DNA of 50,710 nt, taken from positions 1-50,710 of the IMG/VR virus record IMGVR_UViG_3300028610_000533. One strand, written 5' to 3'. Positions within the stretch are counted from its first letter, which is position 1, and each line of letters starts with the position of its first letter. Under the pieces are notes generated by a model. The model searched no databases and was not told the origin of the DNA. It worked only from the letters and a program-made list of their open reading frames with translations. This DNA is from a virus. Lineage: Duplodnaviria; Caudoviricetes. Shown in pieces: positions 1 to 10,700 of the stretch. The translations under genes and the position numbers were made by a program.

Positions 1-144
1 ACAGACAAGGCATGGAGCAGCGACAATAGGCGCGGTGCTGGGCGGGGATTCTATATTGTATATTGAGCGAGGCTCCCGTAATGTCAGGGAATTTGGGTTT
101 CAGCTTCAATTCGACAAGTATCTCAGCCCCGATCTCAGCATTTT
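1..144. repeat. Terminal direct repeat, copy 1 (circular assembly overlap)
   Basis: nt 1-144 are identical to 50567-50710, and the repeat falls mid-gene with the reading frame preserved across the junction. Confidence 0.95.
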
Positions 145-1198
145 ATCACCGGAGATAACAGATAGCGGAATCAAAGACGTGGCGTTTCAGCTAAGACCGG
201 ACCCGATTTTGTGGTGCGTGCTAAACGACGGAGAAATAGCTACGCTTACTTATCGCAGGGACCAAAGCGTAACTGCGTGGACCAAGCAGATTACAGATGG
301 TGATTTCGAGAGCGTGGCAGTTATTTCAAGTGGTGAGGATGAGGACGAGGTGTGGGTTTCTGTGGAGAGAGTGATTGACGGAACCACTTCACGGTGTATC
401 GAACAGTTCCAGCCGCAGGATTGGGGCGATCAGGAGGATGCGTGGTTTGTTGACTCAGGGGCTACGTCGGATTTGGGCGCAGCAGTAACAGTGACCGGAG
501 CAACTCAGGCGGACCCTGGCGTAATAACCGCAGTAGCGCATGGTTTCAGCAATGGCGAACAAGTGGTATTTCAGGACATAGGGGGGATGATTGAATTAAA
601 TGGCAATGTCTACTCTGTAGCCGCCTCCGCAGCGGACACATTCGCACTGAAAGACGTTACAAATACTACGGATTACGATACGACTAATTTTACAGCTTAT
701 ACTTCGGGTGGAACTGTCCAGCAGGTAGACAACACCTACACGGGATTAGAGCATCTTGAGGGTGAAACCGTGGCTGTTTTTGCAGACGGGATTGTGCAGG
801 AAAGCGAAGTTGTCTCAGGCGGGTCGGTTACGATTGATATATTTTCCAACGTCACTACCGTAGGGCTGCCGTATACTGCAAAGCTTGAAACCCTGCCTAT
901 AAGGGTTGATCCGCAAGATATGACAGTAAACAAGAAGGTACAGCGGCTATGGATAGATTTTTTCCAAACAGGTGACGCGAGTTTTGGCAACGGGGCGAAT
1001 AGTGACTTGTCTGAAGTATCGTTTTTTGAACAAGCATCCGTTACAGCTTTTCAGGAGTTCTTCACAAGCACTGTAAAGCTAAAGCAGTTCGCTTTTCCTT
1101 ACAGTGGGTCTATTAAGCAGTCTGTATATCTGGAAAGCAGTAAACCAGTACCTTTAGGCGTGAGAGCAATAGTGCCAGACATTGAGATAAGAAGATGA
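2..1198 (+). CDS. Tail tubular protein B / nozzle (T7 gp12-like), C-terminal part; the gene starts at 49215 and wraps through the origin (~849 aa)
   Basis: In frame with the 49215 ORF across the overlap. Motifs YxSPDLSILS, AFQLRPDPILWCVLNDG, TAWTKQITDG, WFVDSG and GLEHLEGETVAVFADG are typical of this family. Contains an E1-FCCH-like beta insert (TQADPGVITAVAHGFSNG...MIELNG). Confidence 0.85.
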   Translation, partial: QTRHGAATIGAVLGGDSILYIERGSRNVREFGFQLQFDKYLSPDLSILSPEITDSGIKDVAFQLRPDPILWCVLNDGEIATLTYRRDQSVTAWTKQITDGDFESVAVISSGEDEDEVWVSVERVIDGTTSRCIEQFQPQDWGDQEDAWFVDSGATSDLGAAVTVTGATQADPGVITAVAHGFSNGEQVVFQDIGGMIELNGNVYSVAASAADTFALKDVTNTTDYDTTNFTAYTSGGTVQQVDNTYTGLEHLEGETVAVFADGIVQESEVVSGGSVTIDIFSNVTTVGLPYTAKLETLPIRVDPQDMTVNKKVQRLWIDFFQTGDASFGNGANSDLSEVSFFEQASVTAFQEFFTSTVKLKQFAFPYSGSIKQSVYLESSKPVPLGVRAIVPDIEIRR

Positions 1199-1632
1199 AC
1201 ATAAGGCCAATACAAACAGGTGATCTTGAATATGTAAGGCAGAATCCTTACCAGGAATCGGTGAAGGATATGCCCAACATCCCTATGCCCATCAACGCAT
1301 TTGCTTGTGAGCATGACGATGAGGTTATCGGTATTGGTGGCATCAATATTCTGTACCCCGGCGTCGGTGAAGCGTGGTTGATGTTGACAAAACATGCGAA
1401 CAAGGAAACCATCTTCGGGTTCAGGAAGTTCTGCAAGATACGAGAAACTATGGACGCCATTATTGCGGAGAATGGTTTATGGCGGGTGGAGGCGCAAGCA
1501 AGAGTAGATTCCTTGGAATCAATTCGCCTTATTAAAGTGTTGGGTTTTGAACAAATATGCGTCAGGAAGAAATATTGCCCTGATAAGACGGACATGGTTT
1601 TATTTGAGAAACTAATAGATGAACCCGTTTGA
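1195..1632 (+). CDS. GNAT-fold internal virion-associated protein (T7 gp13-like position)
   Basis: IRPIQTGDL, GIGGI..YPGVGEAWLM and SIRLIKVLGFE are GNAT hallmarks; lies directly after tubular B as in related podoviruses. Confidence 0.7.
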   Translation: MNIRPIQTGDLEYVRQNPYQESVKDMPNIPMPINAFACEHDDEVIGIGGINILYPGVGEAWLMLTKHANKETIFGFRKFCKIRETMDAIIAENGLWRVEAQARVDSLESIRLIKVLGFEQICVRKKYCPDKTDMVLFEKLIDEPV

Positions 1633-2263
1633 TATAATATACAAGATCGAAAAGAATGGTAAGGTATTCTTGCTTCATTGGAAGTATAGATTCGATCCCT
1701 TGACATTATCCCTTGCCGCCGCTGGCGCAGGAACAGCGGTTTCTATAGCCGGCACTCTACAACAAGGCAAACAGGCGGAGGAAATCGCAAATGAACGCGC
1801 TGCTATTGACGAAAAAAATGCCGCCGCCGTGCGAGATGCCAGTGTTGAAGCGGCCACTATCAAGGGCGAGAGAGGTCGTAGATTACTGGCTGCCCAGAAG
1901 TCTCAGGCCGCCGCAGGTGGTATCAGGATAAACGTGGGCTCACCTTTGGTTATCGCCGCAGAGACTCGCGCTGCTATTGCCAAAGATATAGGATTCGGAC
2001 TTGAGCGGGGCAGGGCGGAAGAAGAAGCCTTACTGTCGAGTGCAGCCCTTGAGAGGAGAACGGGAGAGCAGATTAGAAAGCGCTCGGTATTCAATGCAAT
2101 CTCTCAGGGACTGTCGGGATTTGGGTCAATCGCATTCATGGGTACACAAGCAGGGATATTCAAGAAGACAACCGCCCCCACAAGAGCGATTGCGTCCACA
2201 AGAGCAACTTCGCCCTCTGCCGGGTTTGGGATACCCACCCGCACGGGAGGGTTCCTTACATGA
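1619..2263 (+). CDS. Small ejection / internal virion protein (gp14-like)
   Basis: DPLTLSLAAAGAGTAVSIAG hydrophobic Ala/Gly segment, coiled coil, QAAAGGIRINVGSPL motif, synteny. Confidence 0.7.
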   Translation: MNPFDIIYKIEKNGKVFLLHWKYRFDPLTLSLAAAGAGTAVSIAGTLQQGKQAEEIANERAAIDEKNAAAVRDASVEAATIKGERGRRLLAAQKSQAAAGGIRINVGSPLVIAAETRAAIAKDIGFGLERGRAEEEALLSSAALERRTGEQIRKRSVFNAISQGLSGFGSIAFMGTQAGIFKKTTAPTRAIASTRATSPSAGFGIPTRTGGFLT

Positions 2264-4293
2264 AGAAACTGATATTCATTCTACTGGCATTGACCTCTGT
2301 TGCGTCGGGGTACTTCGAGATATCGAATGATGTGCCCAGTATATTCTCTGCAAGTTCAGATCAGCAATGGCGATTGTGGTCGGGTGGTGATTTGGCGGCT
2401 GAGTTATTTAACAACTCCAGCGGCATTTTGTTTGATGAAGAATTACAGATTGTTGTTATAGGCAAATTTACGCCTGGAACAGCACAAACCTTAACTACCA
2501 CGGTAGGCTTCAATGCAGGGCTTGACCATTTAGTTGGCGGGACTACATCCCTTGGGTTTTTTGCAGGATTTATGAATGCTGGTGTCGATGCTGTTTCCGT
2601 GGGTGATAGGTCGGGCGAACATAATACTGGTGCTTCAGCAACAGGAATTGGCCCTTTTGCTTCATTTCAGAATACGGGGTTGGATTATGCCGGAATAGGG
2701 AATCTTTCCGGGCAATTTAATGATGGCAACCAGAATACCGCACTGGGTTCGCGTTCGTTTACAACATGGACAGCGGACACGGGAAGCGCAAAAGCGATAG
2801 CCAGTGTCGATGTCCCTAATCAACAGGTAACAATAACGGCGGGGGGCGGGCATGGCTTTGGTAGTGCCGGGGAATATCTTAATCTGCGAATGACTACTAC
2901 TGGAACGCTACCTGCTGGCATGAACGCCACAAGTAATATCTGGAAAGTAATAGATGCGACTACGATGGAATTGTATTCTGGGAGAATAACTTTCACGGAT
3001 ACAGGCACGGGGACACACACACTCACCCCGCAAGTCATTTATGATAATTCCACCGCAGTAGGCTTCGACGCCGAACCAACCGCCTCGAATCAGGTTGTAT
3101 TGGGTGACGCATCCGTAACATCAATATTGACCACGGGTGCATTTGAATCGCCTCTGAAAGTCACTAACTCAACCGGCACTGATGCAGTCATTACAATGGA
3201 CGGCACAAGCACCAATCCTGCTGATTTCACCTATGAGAGCGATAACAGTGCGTTCGTGATTGGTGCGTTTGACTTTATTGTTGATGCGGCAGGTGGCCCC
3301 ACGCTGGTTGTCGATGCGGTGGGGGATACTGTTAATGGGGCGGTGTTCTTTGGGGATGCTAGTGATAACGTGTCATTTGGAACCTCAACTACTTTAGGAA
3401 GCCTGACAACGGGATCAAATAATGTTGCACTGGGTGATGGAGCGCTCCAGACTTGTACTGAGGGTATCAATAATTTTGCTCTCGGCGATCTCTCGATGGG
3501 GGACTTGACAACGGGAGACAGAAATGTTGGAATTGGTATTTTAACTCTACAACGAAATCTCGTAGGGAATAACAATATAGCCATAGGTGAGGCTTCTTTA
3601 CGAAACAATAAAAACCAAAGCAATGTTGCCATAGGAAGCAATGCAATGGTGTTTCAAACAACCGGCGACCGCAATACCGGCATAGGGGGTTTCACTGGTT
3701 ATCGAAATGTGACTGGTGACGACAATGTATGTATAGGGTATAAAGCAGGGCAGGGTATTACGGGCAACTCGTTTAGTTTTAATACTTATGTAGGAAAAGA
3801 ATCAAGCACTTTAATCGAAACCGGCAGCAGTAACGTATCCCTTGGTTATCAGGCTGGCTTTAACCAAACCACATTGAGTGATCGCCTCATCATTGACAAT
3901 CAGGACAGAGGTAGTGCGGCAGCAGAAATAACCGATTGCCTGATTTATGGTATCTTCGATGCCACGCCCGCCAATCAATCCTTGCGAATCAATGCCACAG
4001 TCAAGGCTACAGGTTACATAGTTGAAACCTCAAGGGTAACATCTTCTCCTTATGCAGTCCTCGCCACAGACGACAATATATTCGTAGATACTGACGGCGG
4101 GGCGATAACGGTTAATCTGCCTGCTGGTATCGACGGCAAGCAGTACAGGATTATAAACGTCGGCACATCTGGCAATGATGTGACGCTTGCTCCGGATGGG
4201 GCAGAGTTACTTAATGGCACAAATGCAAACATTAGTATTTTCGATGGCGAAAAGCTTATCTTTGTATACGAAGATACAGAAGGGTGGTTTTGA
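2260..4293 (+). CDS. Tail fibre/adhesin-like protein with YadA-head-like repeats and an N-terminal signal peptide
   Basis: Repeated N(V/T)A(L/I)G ~14-residue motifs; C-terminal VDTDGGAITVNLPA domain common in phage fibres; begins MKKLIFILLALTSVASG. Confidence 0.7.
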   Translation: MKKLIFILLALTSVASGYFEISNDVPSIFSASSDQQWRLWSGGDLAAELFNNSSGILFDEELQIVVIGKFTPGTAQTLTTTVGFNAGLDHLVGGTTSLGFFAGFMNAGVDAVSVGDRSGEHNTGASATGIGPFASFQNTGLDYAGIGNLSGQFNDGNQNTALGSRSFTTWTADTGSAKAIASVDVPNQQVTITAGGGHGFGSAGEYLNLRMTTTGTLPAGMNATSNIWKVIDATTMELYSGRITFTDTGTGTHTLTPQVIYDNSTAVGFDAEPTASNQVVLGDASVTSILTTGAFESPLKVTNSTGTDAVITMDGTSTNPADFTYESDNSAFVIGAFDFIVDAAGGPTLVVDAVGDTVNGAVFFGDASDNVSFGTSTTLGSLTTGSNNVALGDGALQTCTEGINNFALGDLSMGDLTTGDRNVGIGILTLQRNLVGNNNIAIGEASLRNNKNQSNVAIGSNAMVFQTTGDRNTGIGGFTGYRNVTGDDNVCIGYKAGQGITGNSFSFNTYVGKESSTLIETGSSNVSLGYQAGFNQTTLSDRLIIDNQDRGSAAAEITDCLIYGIFDATPANQSLRINATVKATGYIVETSRVTSSPYAVLATDDNIFVDTDGGAITVNLPAGIDGKQYRIINVGTSGNDVTLAPDGAELLNGTNANISIFDGEKLIFVYEDTEGWF

Positions 4294-4294
4294 T

Positions 4295-5698
4295 ATGAAG
4301 TTGAAAGTATTTGTAGCAGCAGTTTTGATGAGTCTTGCCTCGCTTTGTGTTTACGACTTATTGAGGCCGGCAGAAGCTTCACTTATCCGAAATGTATTCA
4401 TCACAGACTCCTCTACAGGAGATACAGCAAGTGTAAACTCTGAAGGCCAGTTGCATGTAGTACAGGAAGGAAAGGTTGACCCGGCTAATTCTACGACCAC
4501 CGTACTTGATCCCGGTGGAGTTAATGTATTTACCGGCACTGCTGTCAATACTTTAGAATTTGCAGTTATACAAGTAAGTGTCTTTGCCAGCCATGCAAGC
4601 GCTACGGATGGCTTGTCGGTTGAGTTTTCGACAGATGGTACGAACTGGGACAATACCGATGAATATACAATTCCAGCGGCTAAAGGGAAGACCTTTTCAT
4701 TCCAACCATCCGGCATGTTTTATCGGGTGGTCTACACCAATGGCGGGACATTGCAAACGGCATTCAGACTACAATCACAGCTTAAAAAAACATACATAAA
4801 ACCATCGAGCCATAGAATACAGGATTCTATTATTGGCGACGATGACGCTGAATTGCAAAAAGCTGTACTTACAGCAAAAGACCCTGATGGAGTATTTGTC
4901 AATATCCAAGCTACGTCTTCCGAGAATCTCAGGGTGTCGGAAGCAGAGAACGGGCTTGCGATAGCGAAGGGTGATGTTATTGGAACGACATTCATTCATA
5001 AATTCGGGAATGCTCCTGACTTCGATATTGGCGATGGATTTGTAACGGTATGGGACGGAGCCAATGATGGCGTGGCTGATGCAATGCAATATACATATTC
5101 TGCGACTGCGAATATAGATAGTATTTCGAGTAGTATTAACGGCGACACGGTTGATATTGAGATACAGGGACTTGATACAAATTTCGATGAAGTTACTCAG
5201 ACCGTAACATTAACAGGGCAAACAACAGCCACGCTGGGAACTTCGCTTATTCGTGTATTCCGAATGATGAATGTGGGAGCAACTGATCTCGTCGGTACTG
5301 TTTATTGCTATATAAATGGTGCTACGGTCGTAGCGGGTGTCGCTACTGTGGCAACTGAAATCAGAGCTATAATTACAATAGGCAACAATCAGACCCTTAT
5401 GGCTATCTACACGATTCCATTGGGCAAAACTGGTTATATGCGTGATTGGTATTGTTCGGCTGCTGGGGCTAAGAAAACTGCTGTAAATGAAGTCCATGTA
5501 GAAGCAAGACCTTTTGGGCAGGTATTCCAAACTAAACATATTTCGAGCATTATTGCTGTTGGCACAAGTTACATCCAGCATAAATATGAGGAACCGGAAA
5601 TTTTTGCGGCAAAGACAGATATAGAAATACACTCTAGTACCAGCGAGGATATAGCGGCGGTATCTGCTGGATTCGATATTGTTCTGGTAGATGATTAG
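4295..5698 (+). CDS. Putative virion structural protein (beta-rich) with a signal-peptide-like N-terminus
   Basis: Start reassigned to ATG 4295, just after the upstream stop. MKLKVFVAAVLMSLASLC...AEA; motifs IHKFGNAPD, IEIQGLD, NQTLMAIYTIP as seen in phage structural proteins. Confidence 0.6.
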   Translation: MKLKVFVAAVLMSLASLCVYDLLRPAEASLIRNVFITDSSTGDTASVNSEGQLHVVQEGKVDPANSTTTVLDPGGVNVFTGTAVNTLEFAVIQVSVFASHASATDGLSVEFSTDGTNWDNTDEYTIPAAKGKTFSFQPSGMFYRVVYTNGGTLQTAFRLQSQLKKTYIKPSSHRIQDSIIGDDDAELQKAVLTAKDPDGVFVNIQATSSENLRVSEAENGLAIAKGDVIGTTFIHKFGNAPDFDIGDGFVTVWDGANDGVADAMQYTYSATANIDSISSSINGDTVDIEIQGLDTNFDEVTQTVTLTGQTTATLGTSLIRVFRMMNVGATDLVGTVYCYINGATVVAGVATVATEIRAIITIGNNQTLMAIYTIPLGKTGYMRDWYCSAAGAKKTAVNEVHVEARPFGQVFQTKHISSIIAVGTSYIQHKYEEPEIFAAKTDIEIHSSTSEDIAAVSAGFDIVLVDD

Positions 5699-5708
5699 GA
5701 GAAGCATT

Positions 5709-6113
5709 ATGAAGAAGTTATGGTCAGAAATACGTACAGAGTGGCGTGGCTTAATATTAGTAACTTGCGCCGTGGCTTGTGCTCACATCGCTTTCTATGC
5801 AATGGCTGCCGCAAAAGCTTCACCGCCCCCACCTCCCGGCGATGTGGTAATTAGCATCCCTCTTCCTGCTGCGAAGGTGGCTAAGATCAAGGCAACTTTC
5901 CTTGCGAAGATCCCGCACGAAATGATTGACGATCCGGCATGGGTGTATGATCCGAACGCACCCGATGAATACGCGCCCCAGATACAGAAGCGTACTGACA
6001 AGGGGCATATCCGTTTTTGGATGATAAAGGAATTGCGGAAAGTTTGTCGGAATGGCGAAAGTATTTTGGCAGAACAGAATGCAGTACACGACCCGAACAT
6101 GATACCAGAATAG
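5709..6113 (+). CDS. Membrane-anchored or exported hypothetical protein
   Basis: AGGAG SD before ATG 5709; hydrophobic segment followed by AKA and a poly-Pro linker. Confidence 0.55.
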   Translation: MKKLWSEIRTEWRGLILVTCAVACAHIAFYAMAAAKASPPPPPGDVVISIPLPAAKVAKIKATFLAKIPHEMIDDPAWVYDPNAPDEYAPQIQKRTDKGHIRFWMIKELRKVCRNGESILAEQNAVHDPNMIPE

Positions 6114-6120
6114 GAATAGT

Positions 6121-7749
6121 ATGGCAAAAATAAAGCTATTCGATAGAACAGAACTGCCCCCAACAAGAGTGGGCAAGGTCAAGCCGCCTCTTGCATTAGC
6201 GGAGGGTGAAGGACTGGCGCAGGTAGGCGCGGGGCTTGCTAAGTTTGCAGGTGCGATATTTGAAGACCTCAAGAATGCCAAAGCCGCAATGGAGATATCT
6301 ACATTCCACGGTGAAGTTAATACCGAAATGGAGAAATTCAGCACGTTCGTTGCAGCTAATCCGGCGGCAAGTTTCGAGGAGCTTCAAACAGAACGCGACA
6401 GTATGATGAGCCGCCTTGAAGCGTCGGGCCAGACATCAACTACCACGGCGGCAAAGAGAAATAACGCTAACTGGTTCGCCAGAAACAAGACTAACATTCA
6501 CGCCCAGACCCAGACCTCGATGGAAGGTATCAGGGCAAGACAGCAACTTGCAACCTATGGAGAACTCCAACAGAACAATATCGCCAGACTCGACAAGGGT
6601 GCTTATATTGCACTCAAAAATGATGCACTTGCGAGCAACTTGCTTGAAGCTAACCGTGCCGATGCCCAACAGGTTCAGGACTTTGCTGTGATCGACAGGG
6701 CAGAGAGTACGATAGTTGTGGACAATGCTTCCGGTCTGGGGTTTGAGGCATGGCAAGAGAGAGGCGACTTGCAAGATGCGTTCGATATTATAGATGCCCT
6801 GCCGATAACCGGAGAGGAAAAGGAGCGGGCCGAAAACTCAGTAGTCCGCAGGGTAAGGAACCGTGAAGCACAGGCTGCAACCGAATTAGAAGCGAACCGC
6901 GAAGAAACAAGAAATGAGATAGTTGACAGGTTTGTTAATAAGAACTTTGTCGAGATTGAAGAATTTATAAACAACAGTGTTCTGGATGGGGCAGAAAAAG
7001 AGTTGTGGCTGACTAAATCAGAAGCAAGGGCGGAGGCTGTTGCTAAAGGTGAGGATGATCCGTTTCTTGACACCGATTTTGCTTTCCAGGCTTCGCTTCT
7101 CAGGCGTGGAGATTATACGAAAGCCGATCTTGATGCAGCATTGGGCAAGGGCAAGAATAGAGGCTTGAGCATCGCTGTCTACAACTCTATGCTAAAGAAC
7201 ATAGCAGGAGGCCCGAGAGCAAGAGACGCAGCATACAAGCAGGGTACGCAGGTCCTTACCCAAAACTTACAGGACAACTTCTACATACCATTGCTTCGTA
7301 TAGGCGACAAAGACCCTGTGACCGGCAAAAAGGCGACAGCAGAAGATGTGGCTCTCGCTAAAGGGGATAATTCCCTTGAATGGTCAAAAGCTCAGGCCCG
7401 GTTTGATAAGTGGTATGACGATTACTTGGGGAAGTTTGGATTCACCCCGGACATTACAAAGATCAATGATTGGCTCGCGCAGGATATGTTCCCTGTTATG
7501 GTAGAAACAATAAACAGAAGTTTCATCCAGAGAAGTGCCGGTGTTCTTGGTTTATTCACAAGCCCCGGAACTGTACCGCTTGACTTAATTGCTCCAAGCA
7601 ATGCAGCCGTCCAAGCCGAGGTGGACAGAGTGAATGCGCAAATTCAAGCCTTGTCATTCGAGGACAAAGCAGCATTGGAGAAACTTGCTGGCGATGGTGT
7701 TGTAGATTTGGCAACAGCACGGAAATTCCTTGAGGAGCGGAATAAATAA
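6121..7749 (+). CDS. Ejection / internal virion protein (gp15-like)
   Basis: 542-aa helical Ala/Glu-rich protein; N-terminal GEGLAQVGAGLAKF segment; lies before the giant ejection protein. Confidence 0.6.
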   Translation: MAKIKLFDRTELPPTRVGKVKPPLALAEGEGLAQVGAGLAKFAGAIFEDLKNAKAAMEISTFHGEVNTEMEKFSTFVAANPAASFEELQTERDSMMSRLEASGQTSTTTAAKRNNANWFARNKTNIHAQTQTSMEGIRARQQLATYGELQQNNIARLDKGAYIALKNDALASNLLEANRADAQQVQDFAVIDRAESTIVVDNASGLGFEAWQERGDLQDAFDIIDALPITGEEKERAENSVVRRVRNREAQAATELEANREETRNEIVDRFVNKNFVEIEEFINNSVLDGAEKELWLTKSEARAEAVAKGEDDPFLDTDFAFQASLLRRGDYTKADLDAALGKGKNRGLSIAVYNSMLKNIAGGPRARDAAYKQGTQVLTQNLQDNFYIPLLRIGDKDPVTGKKATAEDVALAKGDNSLEWSKAQARFDKWYDDYLGKFGFTPDITKINDWLAQDMFPVMVETINRSFIQRSAGVLGLFTSPGTVPLDLIAPSNAAVQAEVDRVNAQIQALSFEDKAALEKLAGDGVVDLATARKFLEERNK

Positions 7750-10700
7750 TGGTCGTAGTCGTAGATGACAAAACCAGAACTCAGGTAAGGAGCAGGCTTC
7801 AAGAATTACAGGCACGTTCCGAAGTCGAGCAGAAGATACAGGGCGGTTCCATTATCAGTGACGCTGACCGTGAGGCTTTCCCCGACCTTGCCCAACAGCA
7901 AGATGATATCAATGAGATCAAGGGCAGGATAAAGCCAAGGGAACCGTTTGTAGTCCCTGACCTTCCCGAAAGTTTTATACCAGACCATACAGGCATAATC
8001 ACCGAAGATGTAATGAACGACCCCGATCCCTTCGGAACAAACGCTATGGGTTTTGAGCCTATCTTTGATACAGACGAATTGAAGAGAGCGTTCTGGTTCT
8101 CACAACAGTTCGGGTTCCCGCTCGAAACTACAATGCCTTTAACCGACCCGCTTGTGGAGAAATACGGTGATCCTGTCAAGATGCCGGATAACCAGCGTGG
8201 GTTTCTGGCGAATATAAAAGAGTCTGCTATCCGTGGACATGAAACAGTTGCCAGTGATGTTGCAATATACAACTCGGTTTGGCTGGGGCAAGGTGATTCA
8301 AGGGCAACACTTGATGCCCGAAGGAAACTCAATGAGGAAATCGCATTAGACCCAATTGAAGGTTCTTTGATTGCTGAGATAGTTTATGGTGGCGCTAATG
8401 TGGCGACTGGGTGGCTTACCAGTTCGGTCGAATCTCTGCCGGAAATGGCAGCGGGCGGACTCGTTGGTACGGCGGCAGGGGCAGTGGTGGGTGCGCCTGC
8501 TTTCGGTGTCGGTGCATTGCCGGGCGCAGTAATAGGCGGAAGAATAGGATTGAAGGCGGGCTATGTTGCCGGGACAGTTGATTTCTGGTACAGGCAAGGC
8601 GCAGGGGCGATGTATGCAGAAATGACCGACGAAGGTACTGACCCGGAAGTTGCACAGTGGGCAGCAAGTATCGCGGCGGTCCCCTATGCGGCGATTGAGT
8701 TGTCCCAGATATCCAGACTAACTCCCGGACTCAGAAGAACCGCACAGCAGGGCGTTAAAAAAGGCGTAATGAAGGTCATCCGTGAGGCCATTAAACAGTA
8801 CGGTAAGACGTGGAGTGCGGAGGTATTTGAAGAAGTCCAGCAGAAAATAGTCACCGAAACAGCCGGAGAAATGGCAGGGGCGATTGATGCTGTAAGAAAA
8901 CTTCTTGATACAGATGCACCCGTAGAAGTACAGGAAGAACGCCGCAGACTTGCAGAGGAAGCTATCGAGGAAACAGCCGCGTTATTCGATCCGACCGCAA
9001 TGTCGCCAGAAGACAAGGCAAGACGGGACGAGGCACTTCAAGGATACAAGGAAAGTGTTCTTGATTCTGTTGAAACCCTTACTGTAGAGGCTATTGAAGC
9101 GGCGAAGTCTCTTGCTCTTTTGCCGGTTGGTAATGTGGCGGTTGATATAACAACCGGAACAAGGGAAGTATTGGATGCTAAGAAACGTGCAGATGTCAAT
9201 GCCAAGCTGGATGCCGACAAGACGGCAGCTTTCACCGCTTCGGAGAAAACAGATATCAGTGACGCAGCCAAGGCCACAATAGAGATTATAGAGGACAAGG
9301 GACCATTAGCACCAGCCGAATCACAGAAACTGGACTTCCTGAAAGCCAACCAAAATAATCCGAACAATCTCATTCTCGGTTTCGGGATGGAACATGAACC
9401 GACTACCTCTTTGGAATTGACGGGGGACGTGCTTGAAGATACAGTTTCAGGTAAATTAGAGTCATTGGTGGCGGAATTCGTGAATGTCGAACCGGACCCC
9501 GACGGAACCCGCAGGCTTGTATTCCAGACAGCCGCAGATGCTCAGAGCGCTGCTCAATCCTTGGGCGATAGGATGGACCAGCAAGGCGAAGATATCAGTA
9601 TGCACATTAACGGGAACATCCTTGATATCACTGTATCGCCAGAGCAAGAGGCTGAGTTGACAGGAGAGCCCGTAACACCCCCGACAGAGGCCCTTGCTGT
9701 TGCGCCAGTGGCCGAACCCGTCACGGAGGCAGCAAAGGCGGTCCCGGAAGCAGAGGCCATACAGCCTCCCGTAGAGGTTCCTGAGGCAGAGTTGCTTGAG
9801 CAAGCAAGGGAAATACCGGAAGCACCGGAAGCTGTGGAGCAGGTTGAAGTTCCTGAGACGGGCGAGATTATTGAGCCAAGCGAAAAAGAACCATTTGAAA
9901 TGACACGGGCAGAATTTCAAGAAGCTGCGCCCGTGGCGGACAAACCTAATGATGTGTTTTTTGTGAAGATTGGCAATAAGGATGTTGAGGTTATCCAGAA
10001 TCCAACATCGAGCGATAGAAGGCAGTTATCGAGAGAGGTAAGAGATGAATTTCCCGATTTACAAAGGGATGAACCAACAACACGTTCAACAAGGGACATT
10101 GCAGGAAATGAATTTATATGGAAAGCTGGGGATGCTATTCATGTAACAATAGAACCATTGATAACAGAGAGAATCGGAGAATCTGTCGGACAGAACCTTG
10201 AAAGACCGACTCATCAACGGGTAGTCTTCGATGCGGTTAAAGCTGGGGAAAGTGTACCACTGAATGTTCTGCAAGAATTTGAAGGCCAAGAATTTGCAGA
10301 TGAGGCAATCGCGGAACTTCAACGCGAAGAAATCCCCACAGGAAAACGCATAATCACACAAGAGGCTTTCGATGCGGCGTTGAAGCGGTTTACCGATCAA
10401 AGCAAGGTCACGACTGGCATCGACCCACAACAGTTGAAAGATGCAGTTATTATCGGTGCGTTTCATTTCGAGTCGGGTATCCGCAGATTCGGTGCATGGT
10501 CAAAGCGAATGATTGCCGACCTCGGCGAAAGTATCCAACCCCACTTACGGGAAGTCTGGACAGACATGCGGGCGGCAATAAAAGAGGGTGAATCGCTTCG
10601 CAGGCAAGTCCGTGGCGAAAAGAAAGCTGCCGCTGTCGGATTCAAGGCTGGCGAAAGAGCATCAAGAGAAAAGGCAAAGGTCGCGGTACAGAAATTGAAG

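Noticed and set aside
480-720. Ubiquitin-activating E1 FCCH-like segment suggesting a ubiquitin-like system
   Set aside because: It is a small beta domain commonly inserted in phage tail proteins, and no E1/E2/Ubl genes are present.
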